In this document: positions 36,700-48,072 of the stretch, in pieces
Position numbering within the stretch: position 1 is the first letter of the stretch
Layout: the number at the start of each line of letters is the position of its first letter
Source of the DNA: Eukaryota sp. TZLM1-RC
Lineage: Eukaryota > Protista > Metamonada: BaSk clade
Assembly (NCBI GenBank): GCA_040285825.1
Contig: JAUPSS010000002.1
Span: 1,488,001-1,552,000, forward strand
Reading direction: 5' to 3'
DNA length: 64,000 nucleotides
Position numbers and translations under genes: made by a program
Notes under the pieces: model-generated
What the model saw: only the letters and a program-made list of their open reading frames with translations
The model's database searches: none
Told to the model about the DNA's origin: nothing

Positions 36700-38330
36700 T
36701 CTACTACTACGCCTAGGCCGTTCAGGGGCGCTAGACTCGTTGGTGGTACCTCTTCTATTAGAAGTAGGTTTACATACTTTTCTAAACTTCTTGTCTTTAA
36801 TAAACATCTTGTATGCTTCTGATTGTTTTACTGAATGGAGAGTCTCTTATGTTGTCTCACCGTCAAACCATTGAACAGTACAGAAACTACATGAATCAGA
36901 ACTTTATTCTGAGAGTATTTTTTCTATAACGTGTTTTTCAGCATCGCCTGCTGCGACTGCTTTGAGGAACTCAATATCCTGCAAATTTTCAGCGTTATAG
37001 ATGTTACAGTCTTTCCTGTCAGCTTTTAATTCTGTGCCAGTAGTAAGATTCTTTAATAATAAGGTGGATTTGGAAGGGATGTCAATAACTAAGGATGGTC
37101 CGTTCCAAGATCCATGCAGTTTATTATTCTGTGTTGTTTTACGTAGGACGTAGTCACCAATATTAAATACTATGAAGCGCGAATTAGTATTATCTACTAA
37201 AGTCGAGGTATCCAATGTTTGGTGAGGCTCTGCTTCTTCCCTTTTTTCTTGTAGACGAGTGTTTTTCAATTTGATATCATCTAATAAAAGAATGTTGGAT
37301 TCGAATTTTGATAAATTTCCTAATATAATTGCAGGGTCCGATCTTGGACTAATCGAAGATCCAATCATAAGTTCGTATGGGGTAAAATCTGTTATTCTGC
37401 TTTTAGTAGAATTTATCAGTAGTTGGGATAAGGGTACATAAATAGACCTATTTCCATAATCATTAGAATCTATTAATAATTTCCTAAAGCATTGTAAAAC
37501 GTTTCAATGTTTACGTTCTACAAGTCCATTACTTTCAGAATAGTGGGGTATTGAGTTACTCGTCTCAATAGCTAATCTGTTACACACTATCTTGAAAGTC
37601 TCATTGGCGAACTCAGGTCCATTATCACTATAAATTAACATAGGTATGCCAAAAATTGCGCAAACGTTCCGAATTATGCGTCTACGGTCTCTAAGGCATT
37701 GAATTCCTTTAGAGGGACTAAAATTGAATAACCAGTAAATGAATCTACAAATACTAACAAGTATTTATTACCATCGCAATCAATATTCAGGGGTCCAATT
37801 GTATCGACATTTAGTCTAGCAAATGGACGATCTGCGCAAAAGAAACCTGTGGAAGGTGTTTTTGTTCGTTTGATTGGTGCCGTTGTTTGACAAGTTGGGC
37901 ATCTTTTAACATGGTCCATAAGGTCCTTTCTCATATTAGGCCAGTAAAAATCGCTTTTGGATAATTTATGTAGACTATCGCTTTTGCTGGGGTGGCCAGA
38001 TTGAACCAATCCATGTATTAATAATAAAGCCTGTTTTTTGAGATTCTTTGGGATTAGAATTTTATTTTTACTATTCTTTCAAATTTGAGTGTTTTCGTCT
38101 AAAATTGCGTTTTCAAATAGGGAGTCCTCATTAAGTATGGCAATTTGTTGTTCCGATCTAATCTTAGAGAACCATGAAGAAAAAATAGGTCAATCTTGAT
38201 GTCTGCCAAGAGACGAGGTTGATGTTAGCTCTTCAGTTTCCGAATCAGAGTCATCGTTTAAAGGAGGTATTTCATAATTTGAGTACTTCGTGTTTGGGAT
38301 GTTTATGCTGCAAATTGATGAAGGAAAATT
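36700..38330 (-). pseudogene. Integrase plus chromodomain, same family as the integrase at 12824-15430
   Basis: GHPSKSDSLHKLSKSDFYWPNMRKD..CPTCQ, VDSFTGY, SDNGPE, GDYVL...HGSWNGP and VIEKIL. Confidence 0.88.
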
Positions 38331-39193
38331 TGTTGCTAGGATGTGGTCGGTATCAGTTCTGCTCCTCTGTTCGATAGCTAGAAACCTGATCCTTCTCCCA
38401 AATTAATCCAAATGAATGGCTTCCCAATCAGGTCTGACTTTGACTAGTTTGGCCAGAATCTCATGAATTTCTTTATCCATACCGGTTGCCCTGGGACGGC
38501 GTTCAGCGCCACGTCCGTGGGTGTCTCTACTCAGCTTGTCCAATGCCTTGATTATCTCTATCCTTTCGTTTTGAAGGATCTCATAAACTCTGTTAGAATC
38601 TCCTTTATAGCCCAGAGTTTGAAATCCAACGTTTCTTCTTATCTTTGGAATTTGCGTCCATAAAGGAAAGAGCTGTTCAAACAAACAGTAATCTTTAGGT
38701 TCGAGGTGAGCCTCCGCGTCCTTTATGATTTGTCGGCGAAGTCCCTGATCTTCGTCATCCAATTCGTTTAACACGCATTGAAGTTCTTCATATCCTTGTA
38801 GAACTGTCGAAGTTTCAAAACTTGAGCCAACATTTGCGTTTTTTGGTGAAAAGGGGGGTGGTCCCGTTTCTGGAACCTTTTGTGGCATTGTGTTGGACTT
38901 GGAAGGGGCGAGAAATGGTTCCGAGCCTGATTCCATCGGTTTATCTTGAGGGGCGGAGGGTGGTCTCGAGCCCGAGTCCTCGTCTATACTCGCTTTTTAC
39001 TATTCCTACTACTCTTTCTGTTGTTTTTATGCCAAATGCATCTTTGTCATGTTCCTGCATGTTAGTTGTAAAGGTGTCAGAGCTCTGGCTGAGAGGGTCT
39101 GACATAATGATATCTGCTGAAGATATCCTTTGGTGAAGAAAGCTGTTTGCTCTTATAGAGGTATTTTTACTAACCTAAGTGGCCAATAATTAT

Positions 39194-39275
39194 TGTTGCC
39201 GAAGGTTGGAATGAAGGGTTAGATAAAGGTGATTTATTTTCATATTCATATTATAGAAGCCTAAGGGCGCCATCA
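39194..39275 (-). repeat. 5' LTR (82 bp)
   Basis: Matches 36531-36612. Confidence 0.93.
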
Positions 39276-40114
39276 AATGTATATTTTCTCAAGGTAGATG
39301 TGGAAAATGTGTTAGCAGAAGTGCACAAACTAGGTGGGTACACAATTCCATTGTTCTATAATTGCATTATATAGATTTAGACTTCGACAATTCAAAAACA
39401 TATTATAAGTTGACGATAGAAATTACTTGAGTTTTTTAAGACTCGCACCTGAAGATATTTCAGACCTTCTTGATGATGAGTTTTTAGTCTTTCAACATCA
39501 TGATATTAGAAACAATGAACGTCACAAAATTTTTTAAGGTTTTATAACATCATTTACTTGTCAAATTGAGAATTTAGTCACGGATGAAAGTCTGGTTGGC
39601 ACTAAATTTCCAGTAGTCGCACATCTTCTTGCAGATGCTGTTGAGAAAGATCCTCAAGTATTCTTAAAACCAGCAATTACGATTGCTCAACAGCCAAAAT
39701 TACGAACAGCCTAGACCATCATTGATACTGATGGGTTATTATGATAAAAGCGGCTATAGAAACTTGAAACATCATAGACCTATTCGAGCCATTGGATGGA
39801 TTCAATTTCTGAAAAGGAATGAATTTGAAGTATTAATGGTGAATGAAGCATTCAGTTCAGCAAAATGTGCTGTTTGTTTTGAAAAGGTTGCTACGTTTTT
39901 GAAAGTAACATGTCCAAGATTCTGTAACAGAAAAAAGATTCCAGCTACTACATGTCACGGTTTATTTGCTTGTAATAGTGAGAGTTGTAAATTCAGTAAC
40001 AAAGGCTCAACAAAGATTTTCAATAGAAATAAGCTGGCTTGTATGATAATGTTTGCAATTGCTGAAACCAGAATTAGTGGTGATGAAATGCCTCAGTATC
40101 TGTGTAGTACATAG
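39276..40114 (+). pseudogene. Exonuclease-Fanzor1 fusion (locus B), 3' part with an internal deletion that removes RuvC-I
   Basis: Excising the LTR element restores SFINVYFLKVDVE (locus A: FINLYFEKMEVE). AVEKDPQVFLKPAI (locus A: TVQKHPQSCVKSAI) then jumps to LILMGYYD...VNEAFSSAKCAVC...CHGLFAC...FNRNKLAC...PQYL. Confidence 0.85.
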
Positions 40115-40260
40115 TTTTTGTAATTATTCCGCACGAAAATTGATTGTGTTCTCATGGGCGCTTTTCACAAAAATGGTAAACCATCACAGACATTTCAGAC
40201 ACTATAGTAAAAGCCTTTTTAAACAAGGCCCTTTTGTACTAAAAGGCAAAAAAAACTAAA
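40112..40260 (+). ncRNA. Putative omegaRNA of locus B
   Basis: Hairpins ATGG-TAAA-CCAT, GCCTT-(7)-AAGGC and CCTTTT-GTACT-AAAAGG downstream of the Fanzor stop. Confidence 0.4.
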
Positions 40261-40269
40261 ACTGTAACT

Positions 40270-40450
40270 AAGACAAATATGGTGGCCTATTACCATCACT
40301 ATCATTTACAAAATAATCTACAATCACCTTGAGGTTGATAGATGCTAACATGTTACGATTTTTATATCTTGTCATTTCCACTACATCCTTTTCTACGAAC
40401 TTCATATGGACATCTTAACAAAGAATGACATTCCACAATAGGAGACTTCT
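40270..40450 (-). pseudogene. Fanzor C-terminal fragment (locus 5), same family as locus A
   Basis: The minus strand reads PIVECHSLLRC...GNDKI...RNMLASINLKVIVDYFVNDSDGNRPPYL, matching locus A PTVKCHALLRC...DYFVEDSVGEKPPYL. Confidence 0.75.
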
Positions 40451-41080
40451 TCAGGATTAATATTTTTTCAAAAAGCTGAAAAGGCCAAAATTATCAACTA
40501 ATCTCAAAAAACAAATGGCAAACCCAACACTTTGTTTGTCATTTTGCTTTCTCATCATTATCAAGCTTAGGTAAAACTGCTTTATCTTATCTAAATAATT
40601 TTTTTCACAAATGTAAAGAATAAAAACGGAGGAGTTTTTGACCGAACTTTCTAGCAAAATTGTTTGGTATTTTCAATTTTTAAATCATTGAAACTATCAT
40701 AATCGAACCCAACATTTAAACTTGTCAAGTTCAGTTAGCCATATAGTGGTTTTAGGACAGAAATCACCTCTATTGAGAAAACAACGGAACCATACGTTTG
40801 TAAGATGTTTTATCAAAAACCGTATTGTTGGAAACAAAACTAGTAGTTGTACACTATTTAAAATTTGGATATTTGGGAAAAACAGAAACTTGTGAAAGGT
40901 GCAAAAACTACATAATGAGCCTCAACACTGGCACCTTGTAATAAAAGCTTAAGTTACCATGTGAGGTATTAGATTAAATACATCTTCCTTCTCATTTATC
41001 AACGGGGAACTTTGTTTAGCCAATTTCCAATTTACTATATTCAATCACTTGAACATTGTTATAAGCAACTACTGCAAACA

Positions 41081-43075
41081 ATGAACATCTCAACATTAGT
41101 TATGACCCTGGCCTTGGTTTCGGTATTTTGGCTCGCTGAATCTTCTTTGGTCAGCTTTCCCAATATCACTGCAACCCTCCATCACAACTATCTATATGTA
41201 TCGTCTCTTTACCCAAACGATATTTCGTATCTGTCTCAGATCGACACTTCAGACTCTTCAATCTTGTGGTCGCTGTCTTTACCTGTCAATGTTTCTTCTT
41301 TACATAACATTGGATCGTCTTCGACCGTACTGGTTTATGGGACCAGATTGGGTGTAGATCACCTCATCGGAATCAGCAACAATGCAAAGGTATTGTTTGA
41401 TTTGGAAGTTCCCTCTTTCACCAAGAGTTTTGTCTGGGAGGCTCAAAAGGTTTTCGGTTTTTTGACCTATAATCAGAATCGTGTTGACTTTGTTGGACCA
41501 AGTGGATATCACGTTTCACTTTCCCTTCCTGGCAGTCCTTTTGATGTTTATTATGACAATAAGATAATAATAATCGTTGTAAAGAATCAAATTGATCAAG
41601 GATGTATCCTTGAAAAACTCAATCAAGAACCAACTTGCCTTGATATCGAGGGTAGTGATGGTAATGAAGGTATCAGTGGTCTTTCTATTTCAGCTGACCA
41701 TCGGAGACTCTCTCTAGACTCAATTGGTAATTTACATCTTTTAAATAATCGTAAATCAGATATCAACGTTGTCAAAATTGATGATAATCATGTTGGTGTT
41801 TATGCTGATTCCTTTAAAGTTTATTTACTTTCAAATCCTTTTACAAACCCTATTAATTTGAATGGAAGTGTTGTCAGTGGATCCGGCAACTATTTGGTGG
41901 TTTCTTCCAATGGAGTTGGTGATTCTTTTCATCAATTACCCTTTGATACCAGCCAATCATATTTGTTTGGTTCGGAGCTTTGTCTTTTAACGCTTATGAA
42001 GGAGAAAGCGATCTATTTTAATCAATCATCCAATCAAATTATTGCTGAGTTTCCGATTCCTCAATGGAAGTCAGTCAAAAACTATGAACCAGTCGGTAAT
42101 TGCCCTTCAATCATTTTGATTGGTGATGATGATGATATAATTGGAAAAGTAGATTTCAAAGGTTTGTCCAATTATGTACCCCAAAGCAATGAGTATCTTA
42201 TTCTTGTCAATGATAATGAACTTGAAGTAATTTCAAGTGGAAAAGTTACCTTATCTATTCCCAATCATATAGCGTCAGCAGTTCATAATCAGCAGTCAAT
42301 CAAACATTATGACGGTCGACTTTTGTATCCGGTCAATCAATTATTATTGGTTGTTTCAGAGCTGGAAGGCCATTCAATCAAAGTAGAGCTCAGTTGCTTG
42401 TTTACCGGAAAAACATTCTATTCCAAAATTCATTCTAATGTTAAGGTCATGACTGTGCTTACATTTGCTGGAAAAGGAAACTTTATTTATTCTTTTATTT
42501 ACAACAACAAGAGCCAACGAACCTTTATTTCTTTGAAAGTTTTGAGCAAGTCGATTCTTAGTTGGGTTGATGTGTTCAAATTGTCCAAGAAGAATTTTAA
42601 CTATATTGATTTTGAAACAGTGTCTCAGACTTTTACCTCAAAAGTCAACACTTTTCAAATAATTTCTGACGATCTTTTTGCTTATTTCGTTTTAAATAAT
42701 GGTTTGGTATATTCTTTAGATTTTGATTGGTTGAATCCATTGAGATTAACCAATGTACCCGACAAAAAAGCAAAGAAATTACCACAAATATCAGTATACA
42801 GTCTAGAATTGCCTTTAATTCCTAATAATTTCTATAATATCAGTAACTTCTTCTTTTCTAAAGATAGTTCACCGTTGGTCGTAAATTCTCAAATGAAAAC
42901 CACTTTGTATTTTGCTGGTTTGTCCTTTGTTGCTGTAGATCTTTATCCTTTTGGAAAACCAAAAGTTTATTCCTATTTTGATTTATTTTCCAATCAATTA
43001 GTTTCAAGTGCGTCATTAGGATTGTTTTCCATTGCTGTTATAGTTTTTGTCACAGTCAAGAAGCAGCAAAAGTAA
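41081..43075 (+). CDS. EMC1: ER membrane protein complex subunit 1-like (divergent)
   Basis: Signal peptide, beta-propeller-like lumenal region, WLNPLR / YSLELP / YFDLF motifs, and a C-terminal TM segment with a basic tail. Confidence 0.55.
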   Translation: MNISTLVMTLALVSVFWLAESSLVSFPNITATLHHNYLYVSSLYPNDISYLSQIDTSDSSILWSLSLPVNVSSLHNIGSSSTVLVYGTRLGVDHLIGISNNAKVLFDLEVPSFTKSFVWEAQKVFGFLTYNQNRVDFVGPSGYHVSLSLPGSPFDVYYDNKIIIIVVKNQIDQGCILEKLNQEPTCLDIEGSDGNEGISGLSISADHRRLSLDSIGNLHLLNNRKSDINVVKIDDNHVGVYADSFKVYLLSNPFTNPINLNGSVVSGSGNYLVVSSNGVGDSFHQLPFDTSQSYLFGSELCLLTLMKEKAIYFNQSSNQIIAEFPIPQWKSVKNYEPVGNCPSIILIGDDDDIIGKVDFKGLSNYVPQSNEYLILVNDNELEVISSGKVTLSIPNHIASAVHNQQSIKHYDGRLLYPVNQLLLVVSELEGHSIKVELSCLFTGKTFYSKIHSNVKVMTVLTFAGKGNFIYSFIYNNKSQRTFISLKVLSKSILSWVDVFKLSKKNFNYIDFETVSQTFTSKVNTFQIISDDLFAYFVLNNGLVYSLDFDWLNPLRLTNVPDKKAKKLPQISVYSLELPLIPNNFYNISNFFFSKDSSPLVVNSQMKTTLYFAGLSFVAVDLYPFGKPKVYSYFDLFSNQLVSSASLGLFSIAVIVFVTVKKQQK

Positions 43076-43908
43076 CTTTAATAAAGTTTGAATTTTAATT
43101 AAATTATTGTTGTAGTTTTGAATAAAAAGTTTTGGTTCATCTATTAATCAACTTTTTCATATTTTTTATTGTATTTTAAATAGTTAAAAATAAAAGAAAG
43201 GACTTTGATCTTGGTAATCGTTCTTCCGGAAAGTGAGTTCACATTCAATATGATGTTCAGTGTTAGAACAGAGGTTGTACAAGAAATTCTTCAATCTGAG
43301 GTTGTAGAAATATGTAAAAGCTTAGTACTACACAGATGGCTGATTACCCTGGATTCCTGATTCTTGATGGAACGCACACCCTTCCCCTCACAGTAAGCAC
43401 TCTAGTAATCAGGAACAAATTGTTTGTTTTTTGGGAATGATATCTGTAATATAAATAAATGTACATCTTCCGGTTGGCAGGTGTGTCCTTCAAAATTGTG
43501 GCCCTTGCAGAAAGTGCAACAAACAACCACAAAGGTAGGAAGCGAACTGACGAAGACATTTAACAGTGACCACACACAACTGTTGACTGCGAGGACATAG
43601 AGACCAGTGCAGGTATTCAAAATTGTAGACGTGTAAATGAAGTCAATAGTTGGATCAATTTGCAAGATTTCTGGTGAAGGCTGCTGCTCATAGGCTCATT
43701 CATAGCTCAAAATTCAAATAACCTGGTTCGGCCATGGCTCAAAAAACAAACATTGAGAGAATTTTCCGGATTATTTCTAAAGATGAGGAGAGTTCTTCTT
43801 TGACGAAAAATTGGTACCGAAAAATGGAAACAAAATTGCCACAAATTACAATATTGGTTGTTGTTTTGGACATACTCAAATTTAATTCTGAAAAGGCTTT
43901 ATACTTCA

Positions 43909-44355
43909 ATGCATCTCAACGAGTTCCCTGATGTCTCCAACCCTTTTGTTCCCAAAAGTCAACCAGTGGCCACAACTTCCAACTTAACTGTCAATGGAGA
44001 AGTTTTTTCTACACTTTCTGCAGAAGCAGAACTTTATCACCTTAATTCCTTTCTAACTGACCTGTGCTCTCCTCCTGATATTGATATCGACTCCATTCGT
44101 AGTGATCTGTCAAAAACCGAAACACAAAAAAAGAGCCTTAAACAAGTGATTAGTACTCTGGAAGCTTCACTTGAAACCGAAATTGCAGCAGTCAATAGTG
44201 TACGTAGTCGGGTGAAGGAGTTCCAACAAGAATTCAATGTTGTTAAGCATGCTACTTCTATCGAAGAACTGGAAAACATTAGCCATTCTTTCACTTCAGC
44301 TCCCTTGGAGAGACCTTGGTTTGAACAAATAGTTGATGTGGAAAATGTAGATTAG
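43909..44355 (+). CDS. Hypothetical coiled-coil protein
   Basis: ATG-initiated ORF with a heptad-rich segment. Confidence 0.55.
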   Translation: MHLNEFPDVSNPFVPKSQPVATTSNLTVNGEVFSTLSAEAELYHLNSFLTDLCSPPDIDIDSIRSDLSKTETQKKSLKQVISTLEASLETEIAAVNSVRSRVKEFQQEFNVVKHATSIEELENISHSFTSAPLERPWFEQIVDVENVD

Positions 44356-44617
44356 ATTGTGTCATCTTCAATCGTGTTTTTGATATTGTACTCTTGCATT
44401 GAAGTATTTTTTTTCTATGTTTGAAATACGTTCAATCATTCTCTGAAATGGAATCTTCATCAATATTATTGAATTCTTGGGTCTTTACCTTGCTGTTAAA
44501 TAAATTGCGCTTTATTTACAAATCATATTTCAAAAAAATACCCCAATGAATCTACAACATATAATTGAAGAATCTCAGGATCAATTGCAGAGTACACAGT
44601 CATAATTGGAAGATATG

Positions 44618-45127
44618 CTATGAAAAGTGCTGAACTGCTCTATACACTAGCAATAGAAGACACAGAGCTATCATAGACCACGTCCATATGTCCTGATTGA
44701 GTCCCTTCCTGTCTAACTTTGGTTGTCTGAAACGGTTATTGGTGAATATTAGTGAACAATTTCTGCTATCGAAATAGTTATGTACTAAAGGGTCAAAAGG
44801 TGACAAATGGTGCTGAGTCATATAATCACACACAATATGAAGGGCATAACTTCCGACAGCAATTACAAACCAATGTGGGTTCATCAAATAGAAGGGCCCT
44901 CCCACAGGAACACTCACCAATACAATACCAAACCATTCTTCACAAAAAGTACGTCTATGTTTGGCTGGACGTTTCAGAAAACGTCCAACGTATTGGTTCA
45001 GATCTATCAGAACCCCGAAAGCCGAAGAAATAAGTAGAATCTCAATAATACTCATATGAACACTAACCACCTCGGAATACGCTAATCCAAACACAAAAGA
45101 TGTAATTAGGTGAGTAAAGGAATGCAT
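44618..45127 (-). CDS. YdjM-like membrane-bound metal-dependent hydrolase
   Basis: MHSFTH, IDL, HRRT and SY.LH...D motifs with several TM segments. Confidence 0.65.
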   Translation of the reverse strand: MHSFTHLITSFVFGLAYSEVVSVHMSIIEILLISSAFGVLIDLNQYVGRFLKRPAKHRRTFCEEWFGIVLVSVPVGGPFYLMNPHWFVIAVGSYALHIVCDYMTQHHLSPFDPLVHNYFDSRNCSLIFTNNRFRQPKLDRKGLNQDIWTWSMIALCLLLLVYRAVQHFS

Positions 45128-45171
45128 AATCACCTCAAAAGAAGAGAAGATTGTATTTATAAGAGAAGTTT

Positions 45172-45690
45172 GGAGAATGTCTAAATCCACAACTTACTAC
45201 ACAACCTCACTTTTTACACAACCCCATAATACTACGACATAATTTTGTCGTTTACAATTTTTCTCTTACCTTCTGTTGCACAAACACTAAGCTGCCGTAT
45301 AACGTCATCAATAGCAATATGATGTATTCCTCAAACCTTCAAATTACCTTACCCTGCCACTATGAGTTTTACAAAATACATCTCTTTCTACTCTTGTCTA
45401 CTTACACTCAACGGAGGTTCTTCATTTATAACACTGATAAATCGTCCAAATAAGGTCGACAAAAGAATCAGAACTAGAAGATGACGCAGAGAGAACAAAG
45501 CCGTGTTGGAAAGCCCAAATCTTGAGAGTTTGGACAAGGTCTTCTTCAGAAGGAAAAGAATAAAAAGGGGGTTTGGTTGTTATAGTCTCAAGGTTGCTCA
45601 TTGTTGTTACAATAATTGTCGTGTTTGAGTATTGTGTAAAAAGTGAAGTTGTGTAATAAGTTGTGGATTTAGACAATTTAGACATTCTCC
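45172..45690 (-). mobile_element. Non-autonomous MULE/Mutator-like element with ~50-bp TIRs
   Basis: GGAGAATGTCTAAATCCACAACTTACTACACAACCTCACTTTTTACACAA is inverted at 45632-45690. The interior encodes FAR1/MuDR-like FPSEEDL...WAFQHGFVL. No TSD found. Confidence 0.7.
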
Positions 45691-46334
45691 AAGTGCCAAA
45701 TCATTTCAAATTACTGTCTTAACGGATTATGTCTACACTTTGAATATGAAACTTTGTTCCTTATCTGGCTTGATGACTTATTACATCATTCAAACATTTC
45801 TATTGTGTTAATGGTTGGTGGCGAGTGAAATGAAATTTAAGGATATGAGCTCCAAATTGGGTGAAAAACACGCTAAAGCAGTATTCCCGAAATAAGTATC
45901 TGTGAAATTACAATTACTCATTTGTTAAATTGTAAACATTCTATTTCCTTTAGAAACAAGGTTTATGATGCTTTAAAGTACCACATCCTACTTCCGCATG
46001 AACCTCAATAGATTGAGTTAAATTGATTGAATTCGATAGTGATTGATACCACAAAGTCCATCTAAAATTCTATTTTTACATAAGTACCGAATAGCTAATA
46101 AACAGAAAAAGAATAATGATCAGTGTGAAGTATGTGAAATCGTTTGGCTGATAATAAAGGCAAAAATACATAATATACTATAAAGGATATAATGACAAAA
46201 AGGGGTAGATGTGACTATTGAAGAGTAGCTTTTTCCAAAAAATGATGAACTGAATCCATAATGGACACATTGTCTCAGTGAAAAAACTTCTGTTGAAAAG
46301 ATCGTGTTTTGATAAAAATACTAAAGTTGGTGTA

Positions 46335-47510
46335 AAGCTGTTCCAAATTCCAGATCATGATTATCTTAGTCCACATTATGGCGGTTTAGGTTGGACAAAG
46401 GCTTCTTTTCTTACTTCATGTGCTTTTATTGGTGGATGCATAAATGCAATTTTTGAGTTTTCTGAAAGATTTGCAGATTGGGTTGACTTATTAAAGACAA
46501 CGCAAAGTTCTACTGTTTTGCTTTAAATGATGAAATTTCAAAAATTGATGTTTGAAAATGGAGTCGATGCTTTCCCCAATCCTTCAATGGTAATATTCCG
46601 GAAAAGAATATTTTAAATTTAAAACACACGCTGCGAACATTACTGAAACGATTGACTGGGGTGTATGAAAATGATCTTTATAATAATATATGCATCTCGG
46701 CCGTTTTAAATCAAGATCTTCACTCATTGTTATTGGAAAAGGGTGTTTGTGAAAACCAGTCATCAGATTGTTCACTAATTGTAACCATTGTACCACGAAG
46801 ATTTGGACTGTGTGCTACTTCTGTTCGAATTCACCTCAGCTCACTTTGTGACATGCTCTGAATTGTTCGAAATTGATAACTTATCGTTCTTCATTACATG
46901 ATGCTGTTAGAGACACTGTTTTTAATATGGCCCAAACTGCAAGGATATCGTGTATCAAAGAGCCCCTGCTGAAGGAAACACTGTCATTGAATAATTTTGG
47001 TTCTGATGATAGAGGTGATGTATATTGTGATTGGATTGATAACTCTGAAGCTGTTGTTGACTTTGTCTCTTGTAATGTTGCAAAAGACATTTTGGTTCAC
47101 AGAAGAAATCTTAATCCTGTAGGTGCTCTTGTTTTTAAAGCTAAAGAAAAACATAGAAAATATGACAAAGATATCGAGGACGCTAATGCTGGTAGAAATA
47201 CACCACTAGTTATTATTGCTTTCCCATTTTCGATAAACGGAAGACTATCAGTAGAAGCAGAAACTTTTTTGAATGACTTCCAAAAAATGGTTCAAGCAAA
47301 AACAATGAAAAGATTTGATGTTTCTTTATGGCGCTCTCGGATTCAATTGGCCATTATTAATAGATTGCCTCAGTTTTTCAATCGAATTTGAGAAGCTTTA
47401 GCTAGACAGCAAGTAGATCAAGATTTAGTAGAGGAAATCTTGGTTCAATGAATTTCGTCCCATTAGTTATGAGTTTATTTTATTAAGTGTGAAAAATGAA
47501 TAAAAAAAAT
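46335..47510 (+). mobile_element. 5'-truncated RLE non-LTR retrotransposon (second family), 3' end
   Basis: YGGLGWTKA, HDAVRD, KEP, RGDVY...VVDF...KEKHRKY; A-rich tail. Closely similar to 57670-59800. Confidence 0.85.
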
Positions 47511-48072
47511 TACCATAAAATTACCATAAATCAGCAAGAAGCAACACACAGTAACAAGTCGTGAACTCAACCATATTCAGTCGATGCACAAACAAAATGC
47601 AACCTGATGGTGGTTGCAAGATCGTCAATAGTTAAGACAACAAATTTCCTAAATAATTCTTATCTTTTATCACAAAAAAACCAAAGAAAAAGAAAGAAAC
47701 CAACCCTACTAAAACCATAATAGTTTTCTGACTACTTTCCAGTTGCTGCAGTGTTCATATGCACAATAATTTCAGACACCATTTTTTATTAATAGTATCT
47801 TCAGCAATACAGTTGACTTCAAAATTCTTCATTAATTATATTTAGTTTTAGGAAATTCAACAAATGTCAGCAAGTAACAAAACGAGAAGCTCAATGATCA
47901 TAATTAACAAAGGTTATTTCAGCATCTCTGAATAATATGTTTCATGTCTACATTCACTAGACATCATAATGGGTTCAGAGTCAGCCCAAATGGATCACGT
48001 TTTGGAATTTCTTAGGTTGTGTAAGAAAATCATTCAAGAAAAATAACACTGAACTTTTTTTATATAATCATT

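Larger units (their letters stand above)
36531..39275 (-). mobile_element. Internally deleted Ty3/Gypsy chromovirus with 82-bp LTRs and 4-bp TSD (AATG)
   Basis: Direct repeats at 36531-36612 and 39194-39275 (TG...CA, 2 mismatches); AATG at 36527-36530 and 39276-39279; PPT GAAAAGGGGGAGAAG next to the 3' LTR. Contains a gag-like fragment, integrase and a chromodomain-like tail (VIEKIL...TVQWFDG); RT and RNase H are missing. Confidence 0.92.

Noticed and set aside
40457-40657. TIR-domain-like fragment (SVKNSSVFILYICEKNYL)
   Set aside because: Too short, with no ATG start; cannot be supported without a profile search.
43344-43735. Small Cys/His-rich gene on the minus strand
   Set aside because: No consistent start codon or intron model could be built.
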